DNA from: Trichinella spiralis
Lineage: Eukaryota
Direction: 5' to 3'
Length of the DNA: 64,000 nucleotides
NCBI RefSeq assembly: GCF_000181795.1
Contig: NW_003526943.1
Location: 7,027,566-7,091,565 of the forward strand
Positions 12,249-23,996 of the stretch are shown one piece after another. The notes beneath the pieces are model-generated. The model searched no databases. It saw only the letters and a list, made by a program, of their open reading frames with translations, and was not told the DNA's origin. Within the stretch, counting starts at the first letter, position 1. Each line of letters opens with the position of its first letter. The translations under genes and the position numbers were made by a program.

Positions 12249-12382
12249 TGTAATGAAAACGCTCAAAACAATTAAGCTTTATTAGACAGATCGTAGCCAA
12301 GATGCAGATACGATTGTAAGGTAATGTAGACTGTAATATGTGTGGGTAATCAAGTATGAGATGCTGATATTTTACCGTATCT
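12249..12382 (-). mobile_element. Solo LTR-like remnant of the gypsy family at 49.7 kb
   Basis: Reverse complement shares agatac.gtaa...atatca.catctcatacttgattacc and ttgttttgagcgttttcatt.ca with 49696-49842, and ends in TTACA. Confidence 0.7.
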
Positions 12383-13305
12383 CCTTCGCTTTATCAGCCT
12401 TATTGATTTACATTTTCATTAAAAACAACTAAAGAAATTAATGCATGTATTGCTTTAACTTGTATTGAACTTTATTTTGAACATGATTTATTTAGATCAT
12501 TTTTCATTATCATTAATTGAAATAACCAAGTGAATCTACATTTAATAACAACTGCTATAAAATGACTCAAAAACTGTATTGTCTTAATATTATGAAATAA
12601 TGATATACGATGTAACTTATATGTATAATCAAAAGGTGAGCAAAAGAGAAATAAGTAAATGTAAATAAAAGATTCAATTTAACCTTAAAATAAAACTATT
12701 TTATGATTTATTAGATGCATAAATTAAATAATTGCAATAACATGTTTTGGTAATAATTACAGTATCATTTGAACATGACTTTTTTTATGCCTACCAACGA
12801 AGTAAAAGTATGTATGTATCGCGTTAAGAATATTAATTAGATTTTCACAGCTATATGAAGTAATCTGGTGTAAATTTCGTAAATTTTAAAACTTAAACAT
12901 TTCCATGTTTATAAAAATTTTTCGTCTGTACTTTCCTCTGTGAATGCTATGTTTTCATGATCACAATTATGCAATACATTATTATTTTTTTACTATCTTA
13001 TGCAATTAAATGTATTTTAAATGTGTGATGCATGAAACTTATTTTAGTTATTGAAATAGTTTGAAATGCATAGTAAACAAGCTGATTTTGTAACTGAAGT
13101 GTGAACGGAAATTTTTTTTGTAATGAAAAAAGTATATATTTATGTATAATGAAATATATTTTATAAAATAATATTTATTTTCACTTCAGTATCTTATTTC
13201 TTTCTATTTCTGTTTCAGTTGCTTTTTAATTGTTAAACGAATTTTCTTCATCATTTAGTATATTTGTGCATTTTCTGGGTGAACGTTTACATCCGGTGGT
13301 TTTAC

Positions 13306-15470
13306 ATGGCTTTCAGATTTCTTTTTTCTGTTCCTGGTAATTGACATTTTGACATAATTAGCATTTTACATATTGCTGAAAATGTATTTACACATAGGCA
13401 GTGTCAGAGGAACGGTTAGGATAAGTTTTTCTCAACATCAGGCGAAGCATTGGATTTCTGGCAAACCACTTGTTGTAAATCCTTGTCAGCACTATGCAGT
13501 GAGCGTAAAAGCTGTTTACAAGCGAGATAAACCTCACATAAATGTTGGCACTATTGGTCATGTGGATCATGGTAAAACAACACTTACGTCGGCAATTACC
13601 AAAAGTATAATTTTTTATTTTTGTTTTGTAAAAATGAAAATTGAAAAAATGCTTTTTAGTTTTGGCAGAAAAAAAGTGTGCAACGTTCAAAAAATATGAA
13701 GAAATTGACAACGCACCGGAAGAGATGAGCCGTGGAATTACGATAAACGTGGCTCATTTAGAATACGAAACTGAGAAACGTCATTATGGACACGTTGATT
13801 GTCCAGGCCACGCTGATTATATCAAAGTACGGCGTATATCTGTATATATATTTTTTAGAAATTATTATACAATTCCAGAATCATTTTTTTGCAGAATATG
13901 ATTACTGGAACTTCGCAAATTGATGGTGCTATATTAGTCGTAGCGGCTACGGAAGGAGTAATGCCGCAGACTAGAGAACATCTGATATTAGCGAAACAAG
14001 TAAGCAGCACTAGGTTTTGCTTGTGAATTCGAACGATTATTTTCATCTGTAGATTGGCGTCGAACAAATGATTATATTTTTGAACAAAGTTGATGAAGCG
14101 GATGCAGAGATGGTTGAATTAGTGGAAACTGAGGTGCGAGAATTGTTAGGGGAATTTGGCTACGATGCGGATAATACGCCAGTTATAGCTGGTTCCGCAC
14201 TATGTGCATTGCAGGTATGTACAACGGCAGGAACTGTACAGAGCGTATGTTATTTCTATTAATGACAGTGAATTTTGAGGATACGAAACCAGAAATTGGT
14301 AGAGAGAGAGTGTTGAGTTTGTTGGACGCTGCAGATACATGGTTTAAGATCCCATTACGTGATCTGGACAAACCGTTTCTTTTCCCTGTCGAACATGTCT
14401 ACAGTATTAAAGGTATGATTTTTCTGTTGTACATTATTTTGTTCTCAAAGAATATATGATGCTTTTACAAGCAAAGAATATTTTTATTTCATCTCAAGTG
14501 AAATGAAACATTTAAAAAGATTATACGTAATAAATGAGAATTGCACATTTTATTAACATATTATGGTGAAAAATTAAGCGAGTGTATTTAAAATGTCGAA
14601 ACAGATTATTTTTCACAATATCTTTTCTAGGGCGTGGTACTGTTGTGACTGGAAAGCTGATTCGAGGTAAAATGAAGAAAGGTGATGCTTTCGAGTTGAT
14701 TGGCTTTGGCTCAAAAGTCAAAGGCACTGTATCAGGTTGGCAGTGTTAATTGATGAATTTTATTGCTTTGTTGCAAAACTAAATTGAAATTTTCCATCCA
14801 GGCATCGAGACCTACCACAAAACGGTCGACGTCGGTGAAGCCGGTGACCAGCTTGGATTGTTGATTAAAGGAGTAAGCAAAGATGATGTACGACGGGGTA
14901 TTGTAATAGTTCCTCAAAACGCTGGATTCAAAGATTGCGTTCGATTTGAAGCAAAAGTTTGACCATTATTACATGAGTATAATTTTTCGAATGAATTGAT
15001 TTTGCATCAAATTTTTTTCCTCATTTAGACTTATTTTTTGAAACCTGAAGAAGGAGGACAAACGAAGCCGTTGGCGAATTTTTACTCGGATGTGGCGTAT
15101 TCTTTAACATGGAATCGACCGGTGATATTGCAAATTGTCGACAAAGATTTGGTCATGCCAGGCGAAGATGCGAAGTAGTGAAGTGTTCGGTAGAAGTGTT
15201 CAACTGAGATAGATCAGTGTAAATATTTATTGCAGCATAATTGTAAATTTGGGAGTGCCAGTGTATGTTGAACCGCAGCAACGCTTCACGTTGAGATCCA
15301 ACTGTCAAACAGTCGGTACAGGAGTGGTCACTAAATTGCTAAACGAAGTACCGGCAGAAATAGTGGACAAAAAGTTGAGAAAGAAAGCCATGCGTGAAGA
15401 AGTGGAAAAACTCGGCTTTAATCCATATTCAGAAGACGTGGGACGCAAGTTGAAATTGAAAGGGGAATGA
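13306..15470 (+). CDS. tufm-1: Mitochondrial elongation factor Tu 1 (multi-exon) with a nematode-type C-terminal extension
   Basis: Exons encode [49 protein letters not shown] and [12 protein letters not shown], followed by the tail ...[11 protein letters not shown]. Probable first exon [10 protein letters not shown] at 13306-13336 splices to 13398. Confidence 0.96.
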
Positions 15471-15791
15471 ATTGAAACTTTTTTCTTTTAAGGGCTTTTG
15501 TGTGAGAAGTTTTCAAATAAAACTATTCAATATCTTCGCGTGATTGAAGATTTACTTTTTGCTTTTTACCAATAATTTTAATCCTGATCATGGCTGACGA
15601 AACAATCAACGTATAGCAGCACTGCTGTAATTGCAGATGTTCATGTGGTGAATTTAAAAAATTCCATTTTAAAATTTAAACTTGAAATTGTTAAAGTTTA
15701 AAGCATCTTCAAGAGCGTACTTTAAAGATCAGAGCGTATCAGTTCCATAGCGTGTGCGTGTAAAAATCAGTGAGTGAGTTCGAGTGGTATA

Positions 15792-17753
15792 ATGTCAAAG
15801 GAGGTGAATTTTCAATCGAATAGTGGAAAATTGGAAAATGTAGATTTGGAAAAGTGGTCATCGTTGCAATCGACGAGTGACATGCAACGTCAGTGTCGTG
15901 TTTTTTTGCTGAAATGTCGGGAAGTGATGTGGAATTCGACGAAAAGTCGTCGACCAAAGTGGAAGCTTCCAATACATCCGTTGACTTGGCATCTTATAAC
16001 TGAAAAAGATTGTGAAGAAAGTCCGCCAAGTTGGTGGCTGACCGCAGTTCCCAGCGAAAGTGAATACCAACGAATCGCTGACATGATTCATCCGACCATT
16101 CGTGAAACTTTGATCGAACCGTTCCACGTGAACAGTCCTGCTGGTCAGTTGGTATACGGATTGCCAGTGTACACGTTCCATCAACCGGAGGAGCACGAAC
16201 GAACTGTCGGCATGGTCAGCTTGTGTGAAACGAGCAGTCTCGCGACGAGGACGACGAAGCTGAGCCATGATGAATATGAGAAGAAGCTTTTGTTGTTACA
16301 AGAGCTGATCGAAAGCTTCATTCATGCCGGCATTGTTAGCAAGTCGAAATTTTTGGCAACTTCGAGCAGAGGTGAGATTTTCAAAGAACGCGCTGCTGGT
16401 ACTGCTTTGCCGATCATGCATTGCATTCGCGCTTTGGCTCAGGGGTTGAAAATGGTGTTTCTGATGATGGAATGGACATTTGCGATCAACGGAAAGCAGG
16501 ACAACGTGCACAGTTTCGTCTCAAAGTTGTTGTTTCATTTACTGAGAGAAAATTCGAAATTTCATACGGTGAAAATGAAGAAGATGATTGGTGAAAATTT
16601 TGAAAAATGCAGAATACCGAAGTTGTTGAAAATACTCTGGAAATGGACAGATCGAATGCAAGATGGATATTTTGATTCGAGCTCCATTCAGCCAGTTGAG
16701 CAACTTTTGGATCAATTGGACAACGCAGAAAGTGAAGATAATTTGAAAAAAGCAGACGGTGATTTGTGTTTGCACGTTTGCAACGCATCCGAAGCACTAC
16801 TCGAATGGATCCAGTCGGCAGTTCAACATCCGTCGACTGGCAACAACTTGCGGACCGGTATGCCAGAGTGGCTTGATGCAGAAGTGAAAAAGTTGATGCT
16901 CAACAAGGACGAGTTCCCAGTTGACAAAATCCAAGCTACATTCGGACCGCTTTCTGTGAGAACAGTTGGCGTGAGTGTCGATCCGCTGATGTTTGCAGAA
17001 GAGCCTGACGAGCACTTGTTGACCAAATGGATTTTGGAAACCCATGCAAAATTCAGCAGCAGTGACCATGGAACGCTGGAAACAATTTCGAGAACGATGA
17101 AAACGCAAGGCGAAAAGTTGCAGCGAATTGCCAGGCGCAAGAGTACAGCAATTATCAACACAATCGGATCATTGGCGTCCACTGAAACTGATGACCAGCG
17201 GACCCGGCTGACTTTGCACAAATTGCACCAGTCTCGAGCAGCTAATTATACCAGTTCAGTGGAGGGCGTTGCCAACGTCGGAATGGCTGAACAGTTGACA
17301 TTTTTGTCCCATCACCAACGACGGCCATCTTTGAAGGAAGATCATCATCATCATCATCAATCGTCGAAAGATGCAGATGTTGGCAAAAAGAGCCCAACCA
17401 CTGCCGAACAAACGGACAACGGAAGCAACAGCCGGGGATTGAAATTTTCAAATGGAAACCAACAGCAACTGATTGGCGATCGAAACAAAGTTCCAAAGCT
17501 TGCTGATGAAAAGAATATGAGGGGGATACGTGATGGGATGGGTGATAATTTAATCAACTATGGAAAATTTAATTTCCACAACGCTTTCGTGGACAATTTT
17601 CTGCGCGATATGGAATTTTTAAAATTTGACCACAACAATCAAATGATAATTCGTTCATCGTCAGAAAATTCTTCTTCTTCTTCATCAGTAACCACCAGTT
17701 TGCAAACTCTTGACAAGAAAACCAATGAAGAAGAAGAAATGAAAAAAGAATAA
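15792..17753 (+). CDS. Uncharacterised intronless protein (~653 aa) with a low-complexity His/Ser/Glu C-terminus
   Basis: About 2 kb uninterrupted ORF with coding-like GC in an AT-rich background; first ATG at 15792; no family recognised. Confidence 0.8.
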   Translation: MSKEVNFQSNSGKLENVDLEKWSSLQSTSDMQRQCRVFLLKCREVMWNSTKSRRPKWKLPIHPLTWHLITEKDCEESPPSWWLTAVPSESEYQRIADMIHPTIRETLIEPFHVNSPAGQLVYGLPVYTFHQPEEHERTVGMVSLCETSSLATRTTKLSHDEYEKKLLLLQELIESFIHAGIVSKSKFLATSSRGEIFKERAAGTALPIMHCIRALAQGLKMVFLMMEWTFAINGKQDNVHSFVSKLLFHLLRENSKFHTVKMKKMIGENFEKCRIPKLLKILWKWTDRMQDGYFDSSSIQPVEQLLDQLDNAESEDNLKKADGDLCLHVCNASEALLEWIQSAVQHPSTGNNLRTGMPEWLDAEVKKLMLNKDEFPVDKIQATFGPLSVRTVGVSVDPLMFAEEPDEHLLTKWILETHAKFSSSDHGTLETISRTMKTQGEKLQRIARRKSTAIINTIGSLASTETDDQRTRLTLHKLHQSRAANYTSSVEGVANVGMAEQLTFLSHHQRRPSLKEDHHHHHQSSKDADVGKKSPTTAEQTDNGSNSRGLKFSNGNQQQLIGDRNKVPKLADEKNMRGIRDGMGDNLINYGKFNFHNAFVDNFLRDMEFLKFDHNNQMIIRSSSENSSSSSSVTTSLQTLDKKTNEEEEMKKE

Positions 17754-17835
17754 TTTTTTTAAAAATTTTATTCACTTATTCATCATGTAATAATAATAAT
17801 AATAATAATAGTAATAAAAATGAGTGAAAATGTGT

Positions 17836-19836
17836 TTATTTTTTTGTCACTCGAGGTAAATATTTGTTAATATAATAGCAAGGTTTGCAGAGAGGTTTTT
17901 TGCCCAGACATCGTCGGCACGGCGACTGCATAGTCGGCGTGTCGAATAATGCAACTAAAAACTCATCGACAATTTCATCTGTAGTTAATTTATCAGCATC
18001 GATTTTTTCTCTGTCTTCTTGTGAACAATTTTCCAATGCTGAACGTGCAGGCGAATCTAAACCCACAGTATAAAAAGCATCTTGACGTAAATTTGCAGTC
18101 TGCTTTTCTCCACCAATGCCAAGCTGCATTTGTAAATCCATATTTTGCTGTTGAGTGACAGATGCTTTTTTCTTTTTGCTTTCTCGTTTAGAAATTTGTT
18201 CACAACAGCTACTTGAATGGATAACGTAGACATCTGAAGATAAATCAGAGGTGCAAAGCCACTGCAAACTGACTGTCGAGTCGCTGTACAAAGGCTTCAG
18301 AACTTTCGATCTGTGCTCTGCGGTGAATGCTTGCATCGCTTTGTCGCCTCCTGCTTTGTCGAAAGAAAAGCAAACCCCACTTCCGTGATCTTTTTCATTA
18401 TCGAATAAAATGAAATATTGTTGTTTGTCACTTGTTATTTTTGCCTTTACAGCTTTTGATTTTGCTTCACCTTTTCTCACACGAATCAATTTATGCTTAT
18501 TCAATCCAACTGTTTGCACCACGTATGAGGCGTCTTTTGGAAATATCAAATTTGGAAGAGCAGCTTCAGTTTTGGGTTTTTGCATTTTAAGTTTTGGAAT
18601 AGCCGATGGAACAAGCAGAAGCGTACATATCGTGTAGTAGCATAAATTTTGAAAGGCTGTCAAAAGATGCTTACTCATTTGGATGCGAAATGGAGCCGCC
18701 GTTTGGCCGAAACTATTCTGCAAATCTGCTTCATCAATGCATCGAGAAATCAGCATTTTCCAGTCGAACTGTGAATCATCATTCTCAAACTGCAACTGAT
18801 CAACACTGTGCTTAAAGGAAGTGACCAACAGTTGTGCTAATTTTTCATCCACTTCAATCTCATCATTGCAATGGGTACTGTTTAAAATCTGTTTGCCAAG
18901 CTGCAAAGCAAAATCAAAAATGAAGGCCAACAACTGTAACGTGCAGTCGAAAAATTCCAATTTTTCAAATTGCTTGCATTGCAGGTTGCCCATTTTTTTA
19001 ATGGGCTTATTATTCAAAACATACATCAACATATTTTGGATCCATTTTTTGTCATTTTTATCCTGAAATTCATTAACAAATGCCTTGCAATGAGAAGGTT
19101 CGAGAAAGCAGACAGTATTAAGCTTGACAGGATGTTGGACGTTGTTGAATGGTGATGATGATGATTTCAAATATTGATCAGGCGGTTTGCGTTTATTAAG
19201 ACATTCAACTTGAGTTTGAAATGCAGAAGAAGCAGAAGAAGAAGAAGCACAGCTGCTCAATATTTCATAGTTTATTGTCGTTTTGTTGATATATTTTTTC
19301 GGTTTTTTTAAGACGTTACTTTTAAATGGCCAGCTTTGTTTGTAAGCAGACAACCATTGCTGAATTAAGTTATTGTCAAATATAATGGCAGAACGTGGGG
19401 TGCACTGTTCATCAACAGCTGCTTTTAATTTCTTCAAAACATCCCTCTCTTGTTCCATGTCGGGATGTGGAATAAGTGATGGTGTCTTTTCCATTTGAAT
19501 ATCGTTGGCTTGCTGTTGCCACAGCATCTCGACGGGCCATGAAACACTGCTGTCCCAATGAATACGTGTGGGACGGTAAGTTTCTTCATCGGCCAAGCTT
19601 AACGTTTTTTCGTCTTCTGCTGTAGGCGACAAAATCTGCTTTTCCGAGTAAATATTATTTTCCATAGCTGCACTACCATCTGGCGGTTTTTTGTCCATTC
19701 CCTTTGGATCAGTGCAATTTTCTTTTCCCTCGCGTGATACTGCTTCTCCAGTTGAAGATAACTTTGCATTTTCATCTTCACATGAAAGTTTCTTCTCATT
19801 TTTTTGCTCTTGCTTCTCTTCTTTTTTTTCATCCAT
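17836..19836 (-). CDS. Uncharacterised intronless protein (~666 aa) with a C-terminal CxxC-x6-CxxC motif
   Basis: About 2 kb uninterrupted ORF, first ATG at 19836; ends PCRRCLGKKPLCKPCYY; no family recognised. Confidence 0.8.
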   Translation of the reverse strand: MDEKKEEKQEQKNEKKLSCEDENAKLSSTGEAVSREGKENCTDPKGMDKKPPDGSAAMENNIYSEKQILSPTAEDEKTLSLADEETYRPTRIHWDSSVSWPVEMLWQQQANDIQMEKTPSLIPHPDMEQERDVLKKLKAAVDEQCTPRSAIIFDNNLIQQWLSAYKQSWPFKSNVLKKPKKYINKTTINYEILSSCASSSSASSAFQTQVECLNKRKPPDQYLKSSSSPFNNVQHPVKLNTVCFLEPSHCKAFVNEFQDKNDKKWIQNMLMYVLNNKPIKKMGNLQCKQFEKLEFFDCTLQLLAFIFDFALQLGKQILNSTHCNDEIEVDEKLAQLLVTSFKHSVDQLQFENDDSQFDWKMLISRCIDEADLQNSFGQTAAPFRIQMSKHLLTAFQNLCYYTICTLLLVPSAIPKLKMQKPKTEAALPNLIFPKDASYVVQTVGLNKHKLIRVRKGEAKSKAVKAKITSDKQQYFILFDNEKDHGSGVCFSFDKAGGDKAMQAFTAEHRSKVLKPLYSDSTVSLQWLCTSDLSSDVYVIHSSSCCEQISKRESKKKKASVTQQQNMDLQMQLGIGGEKQTANLRQDAFYTVGLDSPARSALENCSQEDREKIDADKLTTDEIVDEFLVALFDTPTMQSPCRRCLGKKPLCKPCYYINKYLPRVTKK

Positions 19837-22800
19837 CAGAAAAAAATTCAATTCTTACGTGCAGTGTACAATAAAATGAAACCAACACTAATCATTTCTG
19901 TTTAAACGTTTCTGCAAAAACTTTAAACGTCAACCATCAAGTTTACAGTAAAATTTTAAAATAAAAAAGAAATTTTAATGTATTATTTCGTTATGCACTG
20001 CTATTTAGCTTTTACTTATTTATTTTTCAAATATTATAGCAAATTTGTTCAACAACTGATAAGCAGTGAAGATTTTTTTTATTAACTGTTGCCAAACAAT
20101 AATTTAAAAATATATGAATAATAATTTCAGAACCAAAGAATACTGTAAAAGGCATCACTACGTTTTATATTTTTGTTGTAATATGTTGACAGATGCAATA
20201 TTTTTAATAAAAAACTTTTTTGAGAAAACTACAAGCTTGCATGTATTTTTGATTGCACACATCACACAATTCATTATACATTATCCCTATTTTTGGGCTT
20301 TGTATGCACTACAGCTTTATTAATTAAAAAAATAAATGCGTGTGTGCACTATTGTAGTTGATGCTGTGTAATTATATTTACATTTTTATCAATTTTTAAA
20401 CAAAAGCAAAAACATTTTAACAAAAAAAATAAAATGTACATATACACATAGGCGGATCAGTTTACATTATTTATGCTGTCAAAATTAATATGAATGCTTT
20501 ATCAAAATTAGTCAATAATAATAATAAATCTATTGAACAAGGTGAAAAAGGTAAAACACCGCATATTGTCTTAAAGAGGCAACGTTAATATCAGTTGTTC
20601 CTTTTGTGCAGCAACACATAAAAGTATTTATGTAGAGTAATGAAATACTAATGAGATTTTAAAAAATTGATTTTGAAACGATAAAATATGAGCAAAATAA
20701 AGAAATGAAGAAAAGAATTACCCATTATTATGTACTTTTTTCTTTAATGATATAAAACATTTGCAATAAGAGCTTAAATCAAAAATTCATAAAACGTACT
20801 GATGATTTATTTAGTTGTAATGTAATCTCTATGAGCACTTTACATTTTTTAAACAGCAATTATATATTCATTTTCATCCACAATTAACACTGTTTTTGTT
20901 ATCATTTGCCATTTAAAAATTACAGTTTGTTATAAATTTCCATGAAATCAGCAAGAATAAGTGCAAAATTTGTACTTGCATAGATTTTATCTGATGATTG
21001 TTGAATATTTAGTAAAATGCAAGTAATAAAATGCATCGAAATTTCTTCGTTTATTTGTAATAACCAATAAAACAGAATAAAGGAATAACATTGCCAAGTA
21101 TCAAAGTTGGGTAAAATAAATATTTCTAAATATGCCAAATTCATAAACCAAGCAAATAAGATTCGATTAATGAAATTGAAGACGAACAATAAAATGTTTA
21201 TATTGGAAGCATTTATTTAGTAAATTTCAAATAAATAGCTTAGATTGAGAAATGCAAGATGAAGAAAGAGAAGCAAGAAGGAATGGCGAAGAGGTAGATG
21301 ATGATTTCTATGGAAACGGCAGCCAATGTACCGAGTGACAGGTGAGTCCGTGATCGATAGCTGCGCTTCAGAGGTGTCTTTCTTATCAGTTCTTACAGCT
21401 CAGCTTGAGGGGAACTTTTCTGATAGACGCAGTTTTCTACTAAAAATTTTTCCTTTAAAATAATTTTAAACCTTGCCCACATGTCTGATAAAGCAATGTG
21501 GAACTCGGCCTCAGATACGGGATGGTGTCCAGATAAAAGTGAAGACGAAATTATTCAGCTCAGTTCTATATCCGGTGAATTAGATGAAAAATCCAATTTC
21601 CATAAAGAAAATTTGTTCGACAAATTTTGCCGTTCCCAAAGAATAAAAGTAAGCATCAGTTCTGAAATTTTTATTAAAAATTGTAATTCAACGCAATTTT
21701 ACATAACGAAATATTAGACAATGAAATTTTACAAAACTGATGAAAAAGCCATATTGTTAGTGAAAAATTATTTTAAAATATTTTGCTAAATATCATTTTA
21801 AAAATAATAAAAGAAAAAATTGATCAGTTTGTCAGTAAAGAGAGAGTGGATAATTCTTTTTTTGAAAATAATATTCTCCTGCATAGCTATTTAAATTGTA
21901 AGATCTGTTAATTACGTATGATTTTGATCACAGTGCATTTCAATAAAAGTAGAAAATTACATTTGACGGATCAACAATTTTTGCTAGGATTGAGTGTGAA
22001 TCTTTTATTTAAATTACACAAGAAAGGTAAGTAATATATTCTTTGAAAATTTTTCAAAATATGAATAATAAAATAAAGACAACAATAATTATTGAGGACA
22101 ATAAGCTATTAACCAACTGATTTTAATTAATAAAGCAGCAAATTATAGATAAGCGATGATTATATAATAAATTACCTCTCCCTTTAGTTTACCATTATGC
22201 ACGTACAATGATATTCTAAAGATTATTTAATCCATTTTATTTGTTCATGTATTTAATATAATGTTGTAAGAGTTAAAGTTGTGCAAAAGATGAAAGTGCA
22301 GCAAGCATTATTTTCAGTCAGCTCAATCATCATGCAAGATTATTAGAAGTAATTATATTTTCATTGAATAATTTATAACTTTGCTCTTTTTGGTCATTAT
22401 TTTTTATTTATTCATTTATTTACTTGGTCATCGTAAATTTATTAGCCTATTTAATTATTTACTTTTTATGTTTTTCCTTTTGTTTATATCGTGCATTTCA
22501 TGTTTATGATGACAATAAGAAATTTCAATGCTTTCAAGTAAATTTGTATTATTTCTATTATTCCCAACGGATCAATTGAAGTGCAAAAGTCATCGATTAT
22601 TTCTATGCAAAAAATTAAATAAATAAAATTTCGCTTCCAGTTTTAATAAAATCAAAGCGAATTACTTTGTGAGATAACTACTAATTTTCTAAGTTAAAAA
22701 AACTTTTAAGAAGATATTTTAAGAATTTAAGAAACGAGATGAATGTTTGCAGTAAATATGAGCAGCATAGTTTAATAATTTAATAAATTATAAAATATAA

Positions 22801-23962
22801 AAATAACACGGATCATAATGTTAATAACCAATGTCCATTTTCAGTAAGTTCTAAAGGGACAGCTGGTGGTACAGATCCACACCTTCTAAACGACTGTAAT
22901 CAATGATGCCATTCTTTTCGTGGAATACTTTAATGAATTATAATTGGAATGCTCTACTCAGATGTAATAGGAAAAATGATGCTTTCTGATTAAGATGTGA
23001 TTACATTTAAAATCAATACAACTAAAAGTGCATGCAAACGCAATGGCCTGTAATTAGTTGTCTAATTATTGTAATTAATATGGTAAAGCACGAATGAAGT
23101 TCATCTGGTTAGGAAAGTCTTTTCTTGCACTGACTTCCAAAATGAAACTAATCTCACACCAAAAATATTAAAAAAGAAATCTGAATTTAATTAATTTAAA
23201 TAAATGTAATCATTGATTTATTTATCGGTCATGATTTAAGCTCACTCAAAAATTTTAAATTTATTAAAAGCCATTCATATTTTATCAGTTTATATTTTAA
23301 CTTAGCTTTAAATACTTTCGCTGCGTATTTTACTTTAAATAAAAATAAACATTTCATTTTAACAAGATTTAAAGTGTTTGGCATAATTTTAAATCGTATA
23401 GTGCTACTTTATTTTAATTCTCTTGGGTACTGATTTGTATTTTTTATTATTTATATGTTCAAAATGTAAATAGTGGTTTAGTTGCTTTATTCCAACAGAT
23501 TGCAGAAATATTTATAAACTGCATAGCTATAAATAAAATATTGTTGGTTGTTTGAAGAACAGTTTTTGAACATGTAGGCAGAAATTAAAAATGTAAATTA
23601 TACTATTACTTTAGAACTGCTCTACTGCAAAATCCGGCGTATTTCAAAATCTATTTTTACTGTGCTTTAATGTGTCTTCATTTTTTAGCTTTTGAACTGT
23701 TTAATACATGTATTTTTTAACTTTTATTACATCATTATTTATTATGCTACTTCAGTACTTCATATTTTAATATATTTGTTATCATATATTTGCTTTTACG
23801 GATAACTTCTCATATTAAATACTGTAAGTATGCATAAAGTTGAGCATTAATGCCAGAGAGAAGAAAGAAAAAATACACGAGTCCATAAAATAAGAATGAT
23901 TTATGATATAACGTATAATAAAATTCGCAGTGATGAGAGCTGTCTTTGAACGAGTAATACTC

Positions 23963-23969
<7 letters not shown>

Positions 23970-23996
<27 letters not shown>
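23970..23996. repeat. (CA)n microsatellite
   Basis: Read directly. Confidence 0.95.

Noticed and set aside
10294..12827. Possible piggyBac ends TTAACGC ... GCGTTAA
   Set aside because: Only 3 bp of inverted match inside the TTAA, which is not a credible TIR.
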